From Octopus vulgaris (taxonomy: Eukaryota), in NCBI GenBank assembly GCA_951406725.2, contig OX597824.1:56792001-56856000 (forward strand): 64,000 bases of DNA, read 5' to 3'. The number at the start of each line of letters is the position of its first letter. Within the stretch, counting starts at the first letter, position 1. The position numbers were made by a program, and so were the translations under genes. Positions 13,791 to 27,654 of the stretch are shown here, in pieces. A model generated the notes under the pieces. It did not search any database and was not told the DNA's origin. It was given only the letters and a program-made list of their open reading frames with translations.

Positions 13791-14020
13791 ACACATAACT
13801 ACATGTATTCGATTCCCCTTTTACAACATTATGTAATGCCTGTGTCTAGTGGATATATGTGATATATGCATATGTGTATGTGTGTGTATGTACATATCAT
13901 ATATGTATATATGTATGCGTGCACTCACTCACACACACACACGCATACATGTATATTTTGTATGTTTATATATATGCATATAGACGCACAAGGGAACAAA
14001 CACAATAAATATATACATGT

Positions 14021-14080
<60 letters not shown>

Positions 14081-14084
14081 TTAT

Positions 14085-14364
14085 AAATAAGGATAATATC
14101 GATATTATCAAGTGGCCAGCATGGGAAAAATACCATACAAAGGTAATAATTTTTTACAACTAAAAATAAGGGTGTCTAAGAGACACCACCACGCCGAAAT
14201 AGCAGTCAAATCCCTGACTCTAAAAATCACGTTAAATGTTCATATCGCACGTTAAATGTTCTTATCTCATGGTGCGATATGAACATTTAACGTGGTTTTT
14301 AGAGTCAGGGATTTGACTGCTATTTCGGCATGGTGGTGTCTCTCAGACACCCTTATTTTTAGTT
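14085..14364. mobile_element. Fold-back element in (TA)n (93-bp arms 14158-14250/14272-14364)
   Basis: Inverted repeat with a few mismatches; the 21-nt spacer repeats arm sequence gttaaatgttc; TA tracts flank. Confidence 0.8.
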
Positions 14365-14721
14365 ATATATATATATATATATATAGTACGAATGTCAATT
14401 ATCTTATTTAAATATTTCGGTTTGGGATCATAAACATTCATGTTACAGTATGCTCTTATCCACACATGTACATAAACGAACACGCACGTATACATACAAA
14501 TTTACATATACTCGCACACTCATACCCACACAACACGCAACCACTTTTCCAGAGTTGTTTGTTCTATAACACAGATATATACATTCCGTAATTGGACTTT
14601 AAACAGTCAAAGTATGCCTGCGCGTGAAATTTTATTCCTTAAAATAGTAGGGGACACCATTTAGAGGAGTGAAATGTTGAACAAATGGAATAAATTATTT
14701 TGCCATGCGAAAGTAGTATAT

Positions 14722-14755
14722 GCTAACGTTTCAGATGGAAACTCTTCGTCAAAGA
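14722..14755 (-). ncRNA. Degenerate minimal hammerhead motif
   Basis: TTGACGA-aga..tct-GAAA-CG-TT; C3 mutated and stem I poor. Confidence 0.35.
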
Positions 14756-14843
14756 GAAAGAAAGAGAGAGAGAGAGGGAAATAGATGAGTTGTACTGGTG
14801 TTGCTTGATAGAATGGTAGTGCAGACACACACGCACACACACA

Positions 14844-14884
<41 letters not shown>

Positions 14885-15178
14885 ACATACATGATCTGAA
14901 ATGTAATATTTTTATCCTGATGATGGAGGCCCAATGTTTATCTGCTTGCATTACTGGCGGTATATTTTGGTGAACTACATCTACCAACATTATGATGGAT
15001 CTCCGAGCCACCAGAAACATCTGTTGGACTTATAACACCTTACCTTTTCCCCTTTAATTTTCTGTGTCTTTTGTACTTTGTGTGAGTTTGATCAATTAAT
15101 ATATAAATATCTACATATACTTAAATATTCATCGTCTGAAAATCTTCAGTCTTTGTTTTCTTTCGGCACACACACACA

Positions 15179-15215
<37 letters not shown>

Positions 15216-15270
15216 TGTATATCAAACCCAAGTTGTTATAGTTAATTTGTTTATCCGCATAGTTGCCTCC

Positions 15271-15337
<67 letters not shown>

Positions 15338-15338
<1 letters not shown>

Positions 15339-15530
15339 TTTTATTCGTTTCATTCATTTGACTGCAGCTATGTTGGAGCACCACCTTGAAGCCAATCCCA
15401 GGACTTTTTTCTTTTAAGGCCTAGTACTTATTCCATCAGTCTCTTTTGCCGAACCGGGGATGTAAAGACACCGACACCGGTTGTCAACTGGTGATGGGGG
15501 ACAAACACAGGCACAAAGACGCGCACACAT
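15338..15530 (-). mobile_element. SINE 3' portion (family of 24540-24920)
   Basis: Homologous to 24540-24735. Confidence 0.75.
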
Positions 15531-15571
15531 AGATATATACATATATACAGATACCTACCTACCTACCTTCA

Positions 15572-15601
<30 letters not shown>

Positions 15602-15606
<5 letters not shown>

Positions 15607-16170
15607 GAATAAATGAAAGAATGGAGTCGAACGAAGATGTTAACAAAATTCCTTTTCTCTCGACATATGTTTCGAAGACAACATGGTTTCATTCCAAAGG
15701 AATAAAGGGTGCATTATGCAATCTTCTCATCAGGAAAGAAGGGGAGCCTCTCTCGACAACAAGGCAAACAAAAATTTCGATGACTGCCTACATGGTAAAC
15801 AAAACGAAAACACTCATTATCGTTTTGTTTACCATGTAGGCAGTCATCGAAATTTTTGTTTGTCTTGTCGAGAGAGGCTCCTCTTCTTTCCTGATGAGAA
15901 GATTGCATAATGCACCCTTTATTCCTTTGGAATGAAACCATGTTGTCTTCGAAACATATGTTGAGAGTAAAGGAATTTTGTTAACATCTTCGTTCGACTT
16001 CATTCTTTCATTTATTCATATACAACACACAAATTTCTGCACACAAACCCGGAGTTTCCACCCTTGGACAGGTCGCTTCAACCGTGTTTCTGACGTGAAT
16101 TTGCTACCCTGGTATCGGTTCAACGAATTTTCCATGCTGACGATAAACATAGGATAGTTCATTCACCTAT
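15602..16170. mobile_element. Fold-back HHR element (about 205-bp arms 15602-15807/15820-16022 plus 3' extension)
   Basis: Inverted repeat with 12-nt loop; single-arm family member at 42548-42892. Confidence 0.85.
15886..15967 (+). ncRNA. Type-I hammerhead ribozyme motif (mirror copy 15657-15738, -, has a GUC site)
   Basis: ctttc-CTGATGA-gaaga..tcttc-GAAA-c-atat-g-T(T/C)-gagag. Confidence 0.85.
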
Positions 16171-16171
16171 T

Positions 16172-16268
<97 letters not shown>

Positions 16269-16270
<2 letters not shown>

Positions 16271-16526
16271 AGGCGCAATGGCCTAGTTGTTAGGGCAGCG
16301 GACTCGCAGTCGCAGGATCGCGGTTTCGATTCCCTGACCGGGCGTTGTGTGTGTTTATTGAGCGAAAACGCCTGCTGTACTCTTTCACCACTCTTTCTCC
16401 CACTCTTTCTTCTGTTGGCCTGCTCGCTTAGCCAGCGGGGTGGCGTCATTCGAAGGCTAAAACAATGCGAACGCATTGTGACCAGCGATATGTAACAACA
16501 TCTGATGGTCTGGTCGGTCACGTGAT

Positions 16527-16533
<7 letters not shown>
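16269..16533 (+). mobile_element. tRNA-derived SINE
   Basis: A box tggcctagttgttagg, B box ggtttcgattcc, non-tRNA body, between TG and TA tracts. Confidence 0.8.
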
Positions 16534-16569
<36 letters not shown>

Positions 16570-17592
16570 CATATAAGATGTGAATAAAGTCTACTGATAA
16601 GTGAAATCGCTAGACACTTTTCGGTATCTACTTTTGTACCTGTATCTCATGCTACTGCGTTCAATCCAAGTAGAATATACTTGGGATCTAACACAGAATA
16701 CAATAAAATGTATATAAAGTATATTACATCTCTGGAAACAGTAAACATGATGTCTTGGCAAAGATGTTTGCAATATACTACAGGTGATAGAAGTTCTCAG
16801 GAAGATAACATTGCGATATTATTTATGTTGTCACGTTACTTATTATCTATGTGGTTTTGTGGTTCCCGCCAAACTTTCATGTTGGTGATAGTATTGATAT
16901 AAACATCATGACAATATTATAAAATATATATGTATGTATATATAAAAAAAAAAGAGAATGAGAAAAGGTTTAAAATAAGCTTTAAAGTTTTACATCAATG
17001 TCGGAACTTGAAGCTGAACTTCTTTGGTCATTGCGGATTCCAATTTTACTTTTCATTACCTTAATTTATCTGAGACAATGGTTATCGTTAAAGATCGGAT
17101 AAAAGAAAAAAAAACAATATGAATACAAATATAAAGCTAGGAAACGAAGTTGACTATAAAAATAACTTCCACAAGAGTTTCAGAAAAATTTTACTGCGAC
17201 GTGCCAAGAATATAAAACAAGCTGTTTTATGCACCTGATACTCAACTGTTAAAAGCTTTCTTTAGATAAAGGACAGCAAGGATCCACCAATAAAAGCAGT
17301 GTTGCCTACAGATAAGTTTCTTTTGCCTTTTAGTAGAGAACGAAGATAAGAAAAAGATTAGAAATGCGGCATGGGTTTAGGATCAGAAATTTGAGTCACA
17401 GTAGCGTCTGCAAAGAACGAAACGGAAAAGATTTTCAGCCAATTTCTTTTGCTTGTTTTTGATTTTATGTTTACCGGAAGAGGAGGACATTAATGAACGA
17501 GTCTTTGGCGTTCTTATGTCTCGATTGCTGGAGTACGGATTATGGTCAGGGAAATATTGTGTATCAGATTAATTTATACAGGGGTGGGTACA

Positions 17593-17652
<60 letters not shown>

Positions 17653-18299
17653 TATATTCTGGAATTTATTAATGAAAAACAATTTATCGCTAAATAAGCA
17701 AATTTTCAATCGGTGGCACAATTTTACTATGACCAACTTCATCAAATGCATCTGTCCATTTGTACGTGTATCTAAGTTTACATTGTTCAACACGTCCTCC
17801 CTTTTTTGGGAGGGTGCAGTTTTATTGGAGAGAAATTTGACTGCTATTTCTTAAATGTTGAGCGACCGAACACAGGCTTCCTCGATAACTCATTCTGCTG
17901 TTTGTCTTTCTGGAGACGAGCTAGACCATAAGAAACATGCTGTAAGACAGCAGTGGGTAATGCGGTGAGTTAGAAAGTTTGGCAAATACAGGGGCCATTA
18001 TAGTAGTTAATTATTCAGTAAAAGGGTATATCATCCATCTTCCACAAGTGATCACTCCTATCAGTTCGTTATTTAATCAACGACCCGTGTGTGCGTGCAT
18101 GCGTGTATTTGTACATGTTTCATCGTTATTCGCGAGCAAATATGACCTGCTAGATTGTACAACAATTTCGCTGGTTGTTTTAGATGTCACTGAATTCGAG
18201 AGCACACTGTCAGACTTTTCATCCGTGACCCAGAGGAATTTAATAACTTGTGGTAGAGAAGGTTGTGGCAGCATCTGGCTGCTTCTCATTTTCAAAATG

Positions 18300-18397
18300 A
18301 AATGACGTACTTTGATCAAGGACACAACATGGTAACCAATTCAAACCTACGACCGATTGAGAGCCCAACACCCTAACCCCTGAGCCACACGCCTTCA
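18300..18397 (-). mobile_element. Decayed tRNA-derived SINE head
   Basis: Reverse complement gtggctcaggggttagg..ggtttgaat..tgttgtgtccttga. Confidence 0.55.
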
Positions 18398-18624
18398 TTC
18401 CCCCCTCTTTCTCTCTCTCTCTATATAAAGAAAACGGAGGTAGTCAGAATTTGGGATAATTATTTATTTATTAATTCTGTCACCTCGTTTGTTTCCGTGA
18501 CTCATTAGGTCTCTTTTATGTTATTCCTGTCATCGTACTATGACTAGTTGCACTAGACGGAGTCTCACCGTAATTAAAATACAGAATGAAGGCGCTAAGG
18601 TGTGATGTGTTAGCAGTTCAAAGA

Positions 18625-19474
18625 CGAGGTCTGATCAATAAGTATACGGACTGGTGCTATAAATACAAAACTTCAACACGTACTAATTTTGCATTTAATC
18701 TCCTTCAAAATAGTCCCCTTCGAAAGCCATACACCTAATCCAGCGCTGTTTCCATCGATGGGAGCATTCATGGAACTAATTTTCTGGGATAATCAGCAGC
18801 TACTTCATTGCATTTGATATTTTGAAAGAGAAGTCATAAGGGGCGCGATCTGGGGGAATACGGTGGCTGTCGAACTTGGGGAATGCTGTGCCAAGCCAAA
18901 AACTGCTGCACAAGCTGCGCTGAATGGGCAGGTGCGTTATCAGAGTGTAATTGGCACTCATCGGACATGCATTTGTGGCCTTTTCCGACAAACAACATCC
19001 CGCAAACGCCACAAAACGTCGCGGTAGTACTCTTTGTTTACTCTCTGACCAGGTGGAGCATACTCAAGATGAACAAGCACCTTGTAGTCGAAGAAAACTG
19101 TCAACAGTGTCTTCACATTGCTTCGACTCATTCATTCTTTCTTCGGTCTTGGAGAGGGTGAAGTCTTTCACTGCGAAGACTGAGCTTTTGTTTCGGGGTC
19201 ATATCCATAGACCCACGATTCATCACCCGTTATGATCGTTTTCAAAAAGTGTTCATAGTTCTCGATAACTTTCTCTGTCATGGTCAATGCGACGATCATA
19301 CACTACACACTTTCTTTCCAAGCACTGGTGTAAACAGTGGAAGTGAGCTAGGACGTTAAACGTAGTAAACATGCAAAGCAAAATTCAAGGTGAATCTGTG
19401 CCAAGTGGCTTGACACTGCGTGCTTTAGCTTTGTTACTATTGCAACAGAGTGGATACTTATTGGTCAGACCTCG
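18625..19474 (-). mobile_element. Mariner DNA transposon, internally deleted
   Basis: TIRs CGAGGTCTGATCAATAAGTAT / ATACTTATTGGTCAGACCTCG; transposase remnants DESWVYGYDPETKAQS and PDRAPYDF. Confidence 0.9.
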
Positions 19475-19673
19475 TATATACATATATATATATATATATA
19501 TACAAATTGAGATAGGGGTTGTAAATGCAACCCTCCATGGGATAACATATATCCAATATACTGCTAGTGAAGTACCCAACAAAGTTAATACATAAATGTT
19601 AATGATTGTGATGCAATCAATTCATTTACTGTATTATATGGGCAAAGGTAAAATGATTTACCACAAATTACTA

Positions 19674-20231
19674 ATACAAGATAAGAAAATGGAGAAATAC
19701 ATCTAAATCAAATATCAATTACCAGATAATACTCAATCACATACTTTATTAAACCACCATATACGAGACTGTGGGGTTAAACATAAAAAAGGAGAACAAA
19801 TCAGTGTACATAAAGGAATGTACATAAAAAGTGTACATAAAAGAGTAACGTTGTATAATAAGTAGAATATATATAAAAAAGAGAATATAAATATAAGTAA
19901 ATATAAATATAAGTATAGATTACATCTTACAGCTAATATTGGTAAAATGAGCACACTTATCTACATGGCCGAAACAGCTGTAAGATGTAATCTATACTTA
20001 TATTTATATTTACTTATATTTATATTCTCTTTTATATATATATTCTACTTATTATACAACATTACTCTTTTATGTACACTTTTTTATGTACATTCCTTTA
20101 TGTACACTGATTTGTTCTGCTTTTTATGTTTAACCTCACAGTCTCTTATATGGTGGTTTAATAAAGTATGTGATTGAGTATTATCTGGTAATTGATATTT
20201 GATTTAGATGTATTTTTCCATTTTCTTATCT

Positions 20232-20236
<5 letters not shown>
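19674..20236. mobile_element. Fold-back element (about 260-bp arms 19674-19934/19976-20236) with the 3' half of an HHR at the centre
   Basis: Inverted repeat; 41-nt spacer ends ggcc-GAAA-c-agct-g-TA; (TA)n at right. Confidence 0.85.
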
Positions 20237-20276
<40 letters not shown>

Positions 20277-20499
20277 TCATGCTTGCATAACTACATGCGT
20301 ACGCAGACACACGCATACGCACATATACTCATAGGGCAGAGAGCCTGCACCTCAGCCCTCTTTTATAGCGCTGAAGGACCATTAAGCGATCTTCAAGAGT
20401 AACCCTAAGTGTAGATTGATTAACCCAACAAAGCCCGAGTCAAGGGTAGTTGACAAAAAAAAAAAAACATTGGAAAAAATCTTTTTCAGAATAAAAGCA

Positions 20500-21660
20500 G
20501 CTTCATTATTAAAATTATGGTGCAAAACTTTAGAAGTTCTGGAAAAGTTTAAGGGAATAAAAGAGAAAGGAACCTGACATTGCTGACTTTTATTTTTCTG
20601 TATTCATAACTCTGTTATTGAAGGCCCTAAATTTCGCAAAAACAATCACTGATATTAATGAGTCGGACATTGACGTGATTATGTACTTAAGAAAATCACC
20701 CCTGTTTTTTGATAACGACATATGGGTTGAGAAAAGCGGGAGTTATTCGACGTATCCATGGAAACATATGATGGAGTTCAGGTGAGTGAAATCATAGGGT
20801 TATATATTCCGAATTTGCTAAGAATAAAATTTCCTGAAATGGACTGTAGTTTTCTATCGAGAAATTGTAATGGTCATAAGTTAGAGAGATTTAGGAAAAT
20901 ATTCCAGGAAATAGAAGTTAGTATTACTGTTAATTTTCTTGATGCAACGTTAAGACCGGATAGTTTTAGACCATAGCAAAAACTAAATGAGAACTTAATA
21001 TATATATGCATAGACAATCCAATCACCCACCTTGTACACCGAGGAACTTGATTGAAAATATTAGTAAACACGTATCTTGAAGATGCATTTATGGGTGCAA
21101 TTGAGGCGCTTAGAAATTGTGGTTTTTCTATTAAGAGTAGACACGTAAAAGACTCTGGGAATACACAACATAAGAGAGATGCAAACAGCTAGTCAACAAA
21201 GATCATGCAACTTCAGAATTCGTTAAAAATGTCCACTAGATGGTAACTGTCTGGCAAAGTCGATAGTATACACTGCCAAGGCTGAATCAAATAGCAATTA
21301 TCAACCTAAAACACATTTGGGCAACGGAACTCACATTCAAAATCTGTTATTACAAGCAGATACATTCATTTGTCAACCTTGATAGAAACTGTACTACGGC
21401 TTTGACGAAGTTTATATGGTTTGTGTCTGACACAAGTCCTCACAAATTCAAAATTGCTTCGTCTATTATAAATAGTTCGCAACCATACAGGTACAGGAGC
21501 TTCAAGTCAAAGATGAGTGTGATTTTGGTTTGAGCGAAAAATTGAAAATCTTGACTTAAGGTAGTAATAATTTGAACTGTTAACGCATTATATGCAGGCG
21601 GTTATATATCTGTTATGCAAATACAAGCATCTTTGAATTTCGTTCTTGTTCAGAAAAAAA
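20500..21660 (+). mobile_element. Decayed Penelope-like element (Naiad-like), RT + GIY-YIG
   Basis: METYDGVQVSEIIGLYI, VNFLDATL, KCPLDGNCLAKSIVY; clade assignment is inference. Confidence 0.75.
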
Positions 21661-22228
21661 AGATAGTTTCGAAATATTTAACTAATAGGTTTTATTGACA
21701 TATGCTTTAAAATGTGTGGGTGCATGTCTATATGTGAGTATATGTGAGGGGTGCATGTCTATATATAAGTATGTGTGATGAAGGTATAATTCTGTATATA
21801 AAGGTGTGTATATTAGTGCGCATGTGTATATGTATGTATCTGCACAGGCGCATGCAAAATGAATACCCAATATACACATCTATTGTTTTTTAAAAAGATG
21901 TTAAAGTATTATCTAAAGGTATTAATTATCTAAAAGCATTAATTTGGAACATTGCTTAAACAGCAATGTAATTTTACCACTTCATTCATAATGGAGTTCA
22001 TGACGTTGCCACGTGGATCAGAAGAGAAAATGAAAAGCGCGAGCTTGAAGAAGCCGTTTTTGCACATGCCATTCACAAATATTTTTAAATGGAAGTGTTT
22101 TCTTCAAGCTTTCATTTCATATTTTTAAAAAATATTCAGACAGTGGGTATTTCAAAAGAAAACCAGGCTCGGTTTATCAGCTGATGATCGGAAACGAGGA
22201 CTGACTTGGAATCGGAGCCCGTATGTAT

Positions 22229-22314
<86 letters not shown>

Positions 22315-22352
22315 TAATATAATACAATATATATATATATATTAACAAACAT

Positions 22353-24337
22353 ACTCTTTTACTTGTTTCAGCCATGTGGCTACGGTCATGCTGGTGGAGT
22401 ACCACCGTGATCTTTCTGATTTCCTCAGTCTGGGGTATTTCACTTCACCACTCCTGTATGTGCCTTTGTCCTAACTGTTGGCCTATTTGGTGAGTAAGGG
22501 AGTTTGATTCCGCTGCTCTCGTCTGCACCTCATGTCGGGCTGTTGGTTCACCCGGTATTGTGGAGAGGTTGTCTATTCCTTTTTGAAGGCATCTACTTCC
22601 ACCTTATGTAAATTTCTTAATTTTTGTGGCAGGGCATTGAAGAGCAGTGGGCCTTTGAACCCTAGACTATTACAGTACCTGGTCCTGAATTTAGATGGAG
22701 TGGATGCTACCTTTGGTAGTTCTGGCATTTGTATAACATTCAACGACGAAATTAGGTACTAGCTCTTCTAGACTTTTCCATATGTAGATTATTGCATATC
22801 TCTCACGCTTTCTCTCCAAGGAGTAAAGTTACAGTTTTCCCAGCCTATCCCTATAGATCACCCGCTTCACTGTTTCAATATTTCTAGTGTAGTGGCATTG
22901 GACTGCTTAAAGCTCCGCTGCTAATTTGGCACTGTGTAGTGACCATAACTGAGATTCCAGGCGGCTGAGAACAAAGTTTTCCACAGGGTCAACATAGTTT
23001 CTTGGTCTCTTGTCGTGAAGGACCTCAATATCCATCCTGCCGTTGTCTGCACTTTGCTGCCACCTTGGTAATGTGCATATGAAATGATGCGTCATTGCAC
23101 ATACTACCTGTGACTCTGGGATTGCAATGCCTTCGGGTCCTGTATATGCAGGCTGTTGTGCATTCGTGAGTTAATAGTGCAGTGCTTGAAATTTTCCAGC
23201 ATTAAACTGCATTTTGTTTATTTCGGTCCACACGTATATCGAACTCAGATCCTGCTGTAAGCGTGCGATGTCATCTTGATTTTTTTTATTGCCTGCCAGA
23301 ATTTTGTATCATTGGCATAACTAGTGACAGTGGCTGTCCAAGTGACTGTGGGCGTGTCTAAGAAGGCTATTGTGGACAGTAATGACCCCAGAACAGTTCC
23401 GTGAGAGACGCCACTTAGGATTTGAGTTTCCTCAGAAAGGGTACCATTAGCTGCAACTACCTGGGTCTGTCTTTAAGGAAGTCATGCAGCCACTCTCCTA
23501 GTTTATCAGCAATGCCAAGGTCTTGTAGCTTATAACTTATCATGCAATGATCTATCTTATCAAATGCCTTTGCAAAGTCAAGGTATATTACACTAACATC
23601 TGAATGGTCAAGCAGCTGTTTCGAAACCCAGTCATAGTGTTGTAGGAGTTGTATGAGACTTCTTCTTCTTGGATAGAAACCATGTTGTGTATTGTCCAGT
23701 AGGTAATTTTCTTCTAGGAACATTATCAACTTCTTTCTGATGATTCGCTCAATGACTCTACTGATATGCGAAGTCAGAGAGGTTGGCCTGTAGTTTTTGG
23801 CCTCTGATCTGCTTCCATCTTTGTGGATAGGGCATTAATGCCATCTTTCAGCTTTTTAAGAAGTATACCACTTACAAGGACACTTTGGAAAATTATCTAG
23901 AATGGTTTCACTAAAGCCTTCTTACATGACTTCAGGAGAATAGCTGAGAAGCCATGAGGACCAGCTGCGGAGTATGAGCTAATTTCATCTATGGCCGCTC
24001 TTACACTTGTCTCATAATGTTGATGTAATCGATGGCTGGTACCTCCTTTTTTAGAGTTACAATATTACAGAATTTAGCCGGATTTTTTATCTGCAGGTAT
24101 CCAAAGGGGGAAGTGAAGACACTTTTAAATTGTTCACTGAGTATCTCACTTATCCTTCCTGGGTCCGCTATCAGTGAGTCATTCCCTTGGAACAATGGTC
24201 CTATATTATATTGTTTTGTAGCTGTTTCCTTTGCGAATTTATAGAAAACTTTGAGATTTGTTTTAATGCTTTCCACAGCCTTTTTCTCTTTCTCTCTGCT
24301 CTTTCCCTTTCGTGAGAGAGTGTGATCTTGTTTTCGA
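22353..24337 (-). mobile_element. CR1/L2-group LINE remnant with SINE-like 3' tail
   Basis: QHGF, VIYLDFAKAFDKIDH, SRLESQLWS; tail 22353-22410. Confidence 0.85.
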
Positions 24338-24539
24338 CTACATATATAAATATGTGTATGTGTGTGTATAAATATTAATAATAATAAAGAGTATGGAGAC
24401 TTGTACATCCACAAACTTTACACACACGCATACACACATATATATATATACATACATACATACACACACACATACACACGCACACATATATATATATACA
24501 TAATTACACACACACATATACATATATGCATTTATTTTT

Positions 24540-24920
24540 TTACTTATTTCAGTCATTTGACTGCGGCCATACTGGAATATCGCATTTGGTCGAGCAAATC
24601 GACCCCAGGAATTATTCTTTGTAAGCCTAGTACTTATTCTATCGGTCTCTTTTGTCGAACTGCTAAGTTACGGGGACGTAAACAAACCAGCATCGGTTGT
24701 CAAGCGATGTTGGGACGACAAACACAGACGCATAAACATGCACCACCACACATATATATAAGACAAGCTTCTTTCAGTTTCCGTCTACCAAATTCACTCA
24801 CAAGGCTATTGTCGGCCGGGCCTATAGTAGAAGACACTTGTCCAAGGTTCCACGCAGTGGGACTTAATCCGTAACCATGTGGTTGGTAAGCAAGCTACTT
24901 ACTACACAGCCATTCCTACA
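24540..24920 (-). mobile_element. tRNA-derived SINE, full length
   Basis: Head near 24920 (tggctgtgtagtaag), body, tail cagtatggccgcagtcaaatgactgaaa. Confidence 0.8.
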
Positions 24921-24932
24921 CCTGGAAAAGTA

Positions 24933-25016
<84 letters not shown>

Positions 25017-25313
25017 GAAATTCGGGGTGAGTACTTGATAATTATAAGCACCTGTGTATACCGTTTGGTGGTGTAGGTGGTGGAGTAAATTGATCGTCCT
25101 GAATTCTCGCCCCTCCATCTTCACGTCTATATATGTATTTATTTATTTACATTACTTCAACATCCAAATTTCCTCATTCAACATTGAGAGAAGAAAGAGA
25201 TGGACGCTTCAATTCTATGCTGCTGCCGCATTATGTCGTACGCGAATGAGAGGATTTGCATCCCCAACCAAGAATTTTTGATGTAACACATGTCCTTGTG
25301 GAAGCTGTTGTGC

Positions 25314-25391
25314 GCGGCTGAAGAAGGCCACAGACATACATTATGCATTGTTATAAATCTGTCTAATAAAGGCCCGAAACATATGTACCGC
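25314..25391 (+). ncRNA. Type-I hammerhead motif in a short non-coding element (about 25015-25412) between (TATC)n tracts
   Basis: gcgg-CTGAAGA-aggcc..ggccc-GAAA-c-atat-g-TA-ccgc. Confidence 0.85.
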
Positions 25392-25446
25392 TGAATCCTT
25401 CGCATCATGTTTTTATCTATCTATCTATCTATGGATTATATATATA

Positions 25447-25477
<31 letters not shown>

Positions 25478-25480
25478 TTT

Positions 25481-26287
25481 AATCAATATAAGGGTAGCAA
25501 AAAATTCAATAGAAATTTTTCCGCCACCAGCGGTCTAGTAAGAAAGAAAAAATAGTCAATAGACTATATAATGTACATTCAACAGTAATATTAAGGAATG
25601 GCCTTAATAGGCCATTCAACTCACTAAAACGAGCAGCTAAACTCAAACCGCTAAATAGTAGTAATTCAGAAATCAAAGGAAAATTAAAAACATTTATCCG
25701 AATCATCTTTGGACTATGCATAGTTTCGACGTACTTTTTGGCAAACTAGCCTAATTAAATTAAATTAAATTTAATCAAGTCAATTTACCACTGGCCCGTC
25801 TCATCGGCAAATAAGTCAGGAGGAATAAATATTCCACGAGGCAACAGCATCGATGCCTTGGGAATATATACTCTAAATTTTCAAAATCTACCCTCATCGC
25901 GCCAACTTATCAGCAGCAAATATAGACTGCTGATTTAATTTCAGAATTAGTCAAAAAAATCATTAATTAATCAATATAAGGGTAGCAAAAAATTCAATAG
26001 AAATTTTTCCGCCACCAGCGGTCTAGTGAGAAAGAAAAAAATAGTCAATAGGCTATATAATGTACATTCAACAGTAATATTAAGGAATGGCCTTAATAGG
26101 CCATTCAACTCACTAAAACGAGCAGCCCAAAATTATGTCGAAACTATGCATAGTCCAAAGATAATTCGGGTAAATGTTTTAAATTTTCCTTTGATTTCTG
26201 AATTACTACTATTTAGCGGTTTGAGTTTAGCTGCTCGTTTTAGTGAGTTGAATGGCCTATTAAGGCCATTCCTTAATATTACTGTTG
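25481..26287 (-). mobile_element. Non-autonomous HHR element: 488-bp unit + partial tandem copy + inverted copy
   Basis: 25481-25638 repeated at 25969-26126; 26127-26287 is the reverse complement of about 25580-25741. Confidence 0.85.
25708..25811 (-). ncRNA. Type-I hammerhead motif (U4C variant)
   Basis: tttg-CCGATGA-gacg..cgtc-GAAA-ctat-gc-atag-TC-caaa. Confidence 0.8.
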
Positions 26288-26318
26288 TATATACATACAT
26301 ACATATATATATACACTC

Positions 26319-26370
<52 letters not shown>

Positions 26371-26373
<3 letters not shown>

Positions 26374-26766
26374 TTTAAAATTAAGGATAAAATCTTTATA
26401 AGAAATTATCAGTAGTTAGCGTGAAAAACCTCGTAAGAGAAAAAATCTGTAAATTTTTCCACTTTGAAAATATTTATTTATATTATATAGAGGGTACTAT
26501 TATTCATAGGTAATGCTGCGGCGAATTCTACGGTTGGCTGTCGGGTTTGTAATGTTGTGTTTTTTCTTATATGTCTTGAGTTCGTTGCACTGAAGAGCAT
26601 AGAATGCATATTCTGCATTGATTGCGAAATCACAGGTGATATGTAACTAAATTCTGTTTTTAAAATGACTTGCTTTGAAGTTTTGCATTCGGTACAATTT
26701 GTTTATTTTAGTAGTTTTGACTGCAAAAGTCCCTCCTAGCGTGCGGTACCTATGAATAATAGTACC

Positions 26767-26773
<7 letters not shown>
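26371..26773. mobile_element. HHR element with partial inversion (family of 39090-40039)
   Basis: About 27-bp inverted repeat near 26487-26512/26747-26773; (TA)n on both sides; homologous to the 39-40 kb palindrome. Confidence 0.8.
26584..26647 (+). ncRNA. Type-I hammerhead motif
   Basis: gttgca-CTGAAGA-gca..tgc-GAAA-tcac-ag-gtga-TA-tgtaac. Confidence 0.88.
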
Positions 26774-26833
<60 letters not shown>

Positions 26834-26874
26834 CATATATACATACACACACACACACATATTTTTTATTATTT

Positions 26875-27634
26875 TTATTATTTTTATTTTATCTAGTTTC
26901 AGCTCACGAGCTGTGGCCATGCTGGGGCACCGCCATTTGGTGTTGCTACATGATTTTACTTCACGAATGCTTTTTAGCAACTGCCATTTGGTGCATGAGA
27001 GAGCTCGATACAGCTGCCCTCATCTGCACCTCCTGATGTGAAGTTGGTTCATCTGGGACACCTGACAGGAAGAGATCCAGTCCTACTTTAGAGACATCTG
27101 CATCCACCACATGCTGGTCCCTCAGACTCTTCGGGAGGATATTGAAGAGCTGTGGGCCTCTGAAGCCCAGGCTATCACAGTATCTTGTCCTACATCTTGA
27201 TGGCAAATTTGGAGTCCTTGGCACCACGCAGTGGCGCCCAGTTCTGGAATTTGTGTAACTCGCGATGCCAAAGTTTGGGACAAGTCCTTCTAGGATCTTC
27301 CAGATGTATATTATGGCATATCTTTCTCGCCTACGCTCCAAGGAATAGAGTCTTAATCTCTTGAGTCTTTCCCAGTAGCTTATATGCTGCACAGAGGCTA
27401 TCTTCTTCATGTAGCTTCGTTGGATCGCCTCAAGTTCTGTGATCAACTTGACACTGGATGGTGACCATAGCTGAGAGCAATAGTCAAAGTGTCCTCCAGA
27501 GGACCATCATGGTTTCTTGGTCTCTTGTTCTAAAGGTTCTAAGAATCCACCCGGCCAGCCGCCTACATTTCATTGCCAATTTAGCAACATGTACATGAAA
27601 GGTTGCGTCATCACTCATGTAAATACCCAGGTCA
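26875..27634 (-). mobile_element. CR1/L2-group LINE 3' fragment
   Basis: YWERLKRLRLYSLERRRERY; 3' tail ggcggtgccccagcatggccacag. Confidence 0.9.
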
Positions 27635-27654
27635 TTTATTTCTTTTGCTACATG

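Noticed and set aside
14165-14215. GAAA-tagca-GTC in the 14.2-kb hairpin as an HHR
   Set aside because: No convincing CUGANGA core or stem I.
14910-14940. CTGATGA heptamers at about 14917, 32992 and 51731 (-)
   Set aside because: No stem II-GAAA-stem III partner, so not counted as HHRs.
15621-16003. Near-identical ORFs on opposite strands, also at 42718-43079
   Set aside because: A by-product of the palindrome and repeat family; no recognisable domain.
16269-16345. Possible tRNA gene
   Set aside because: No proper acceptor stem or terminator; continues into a SINE body.
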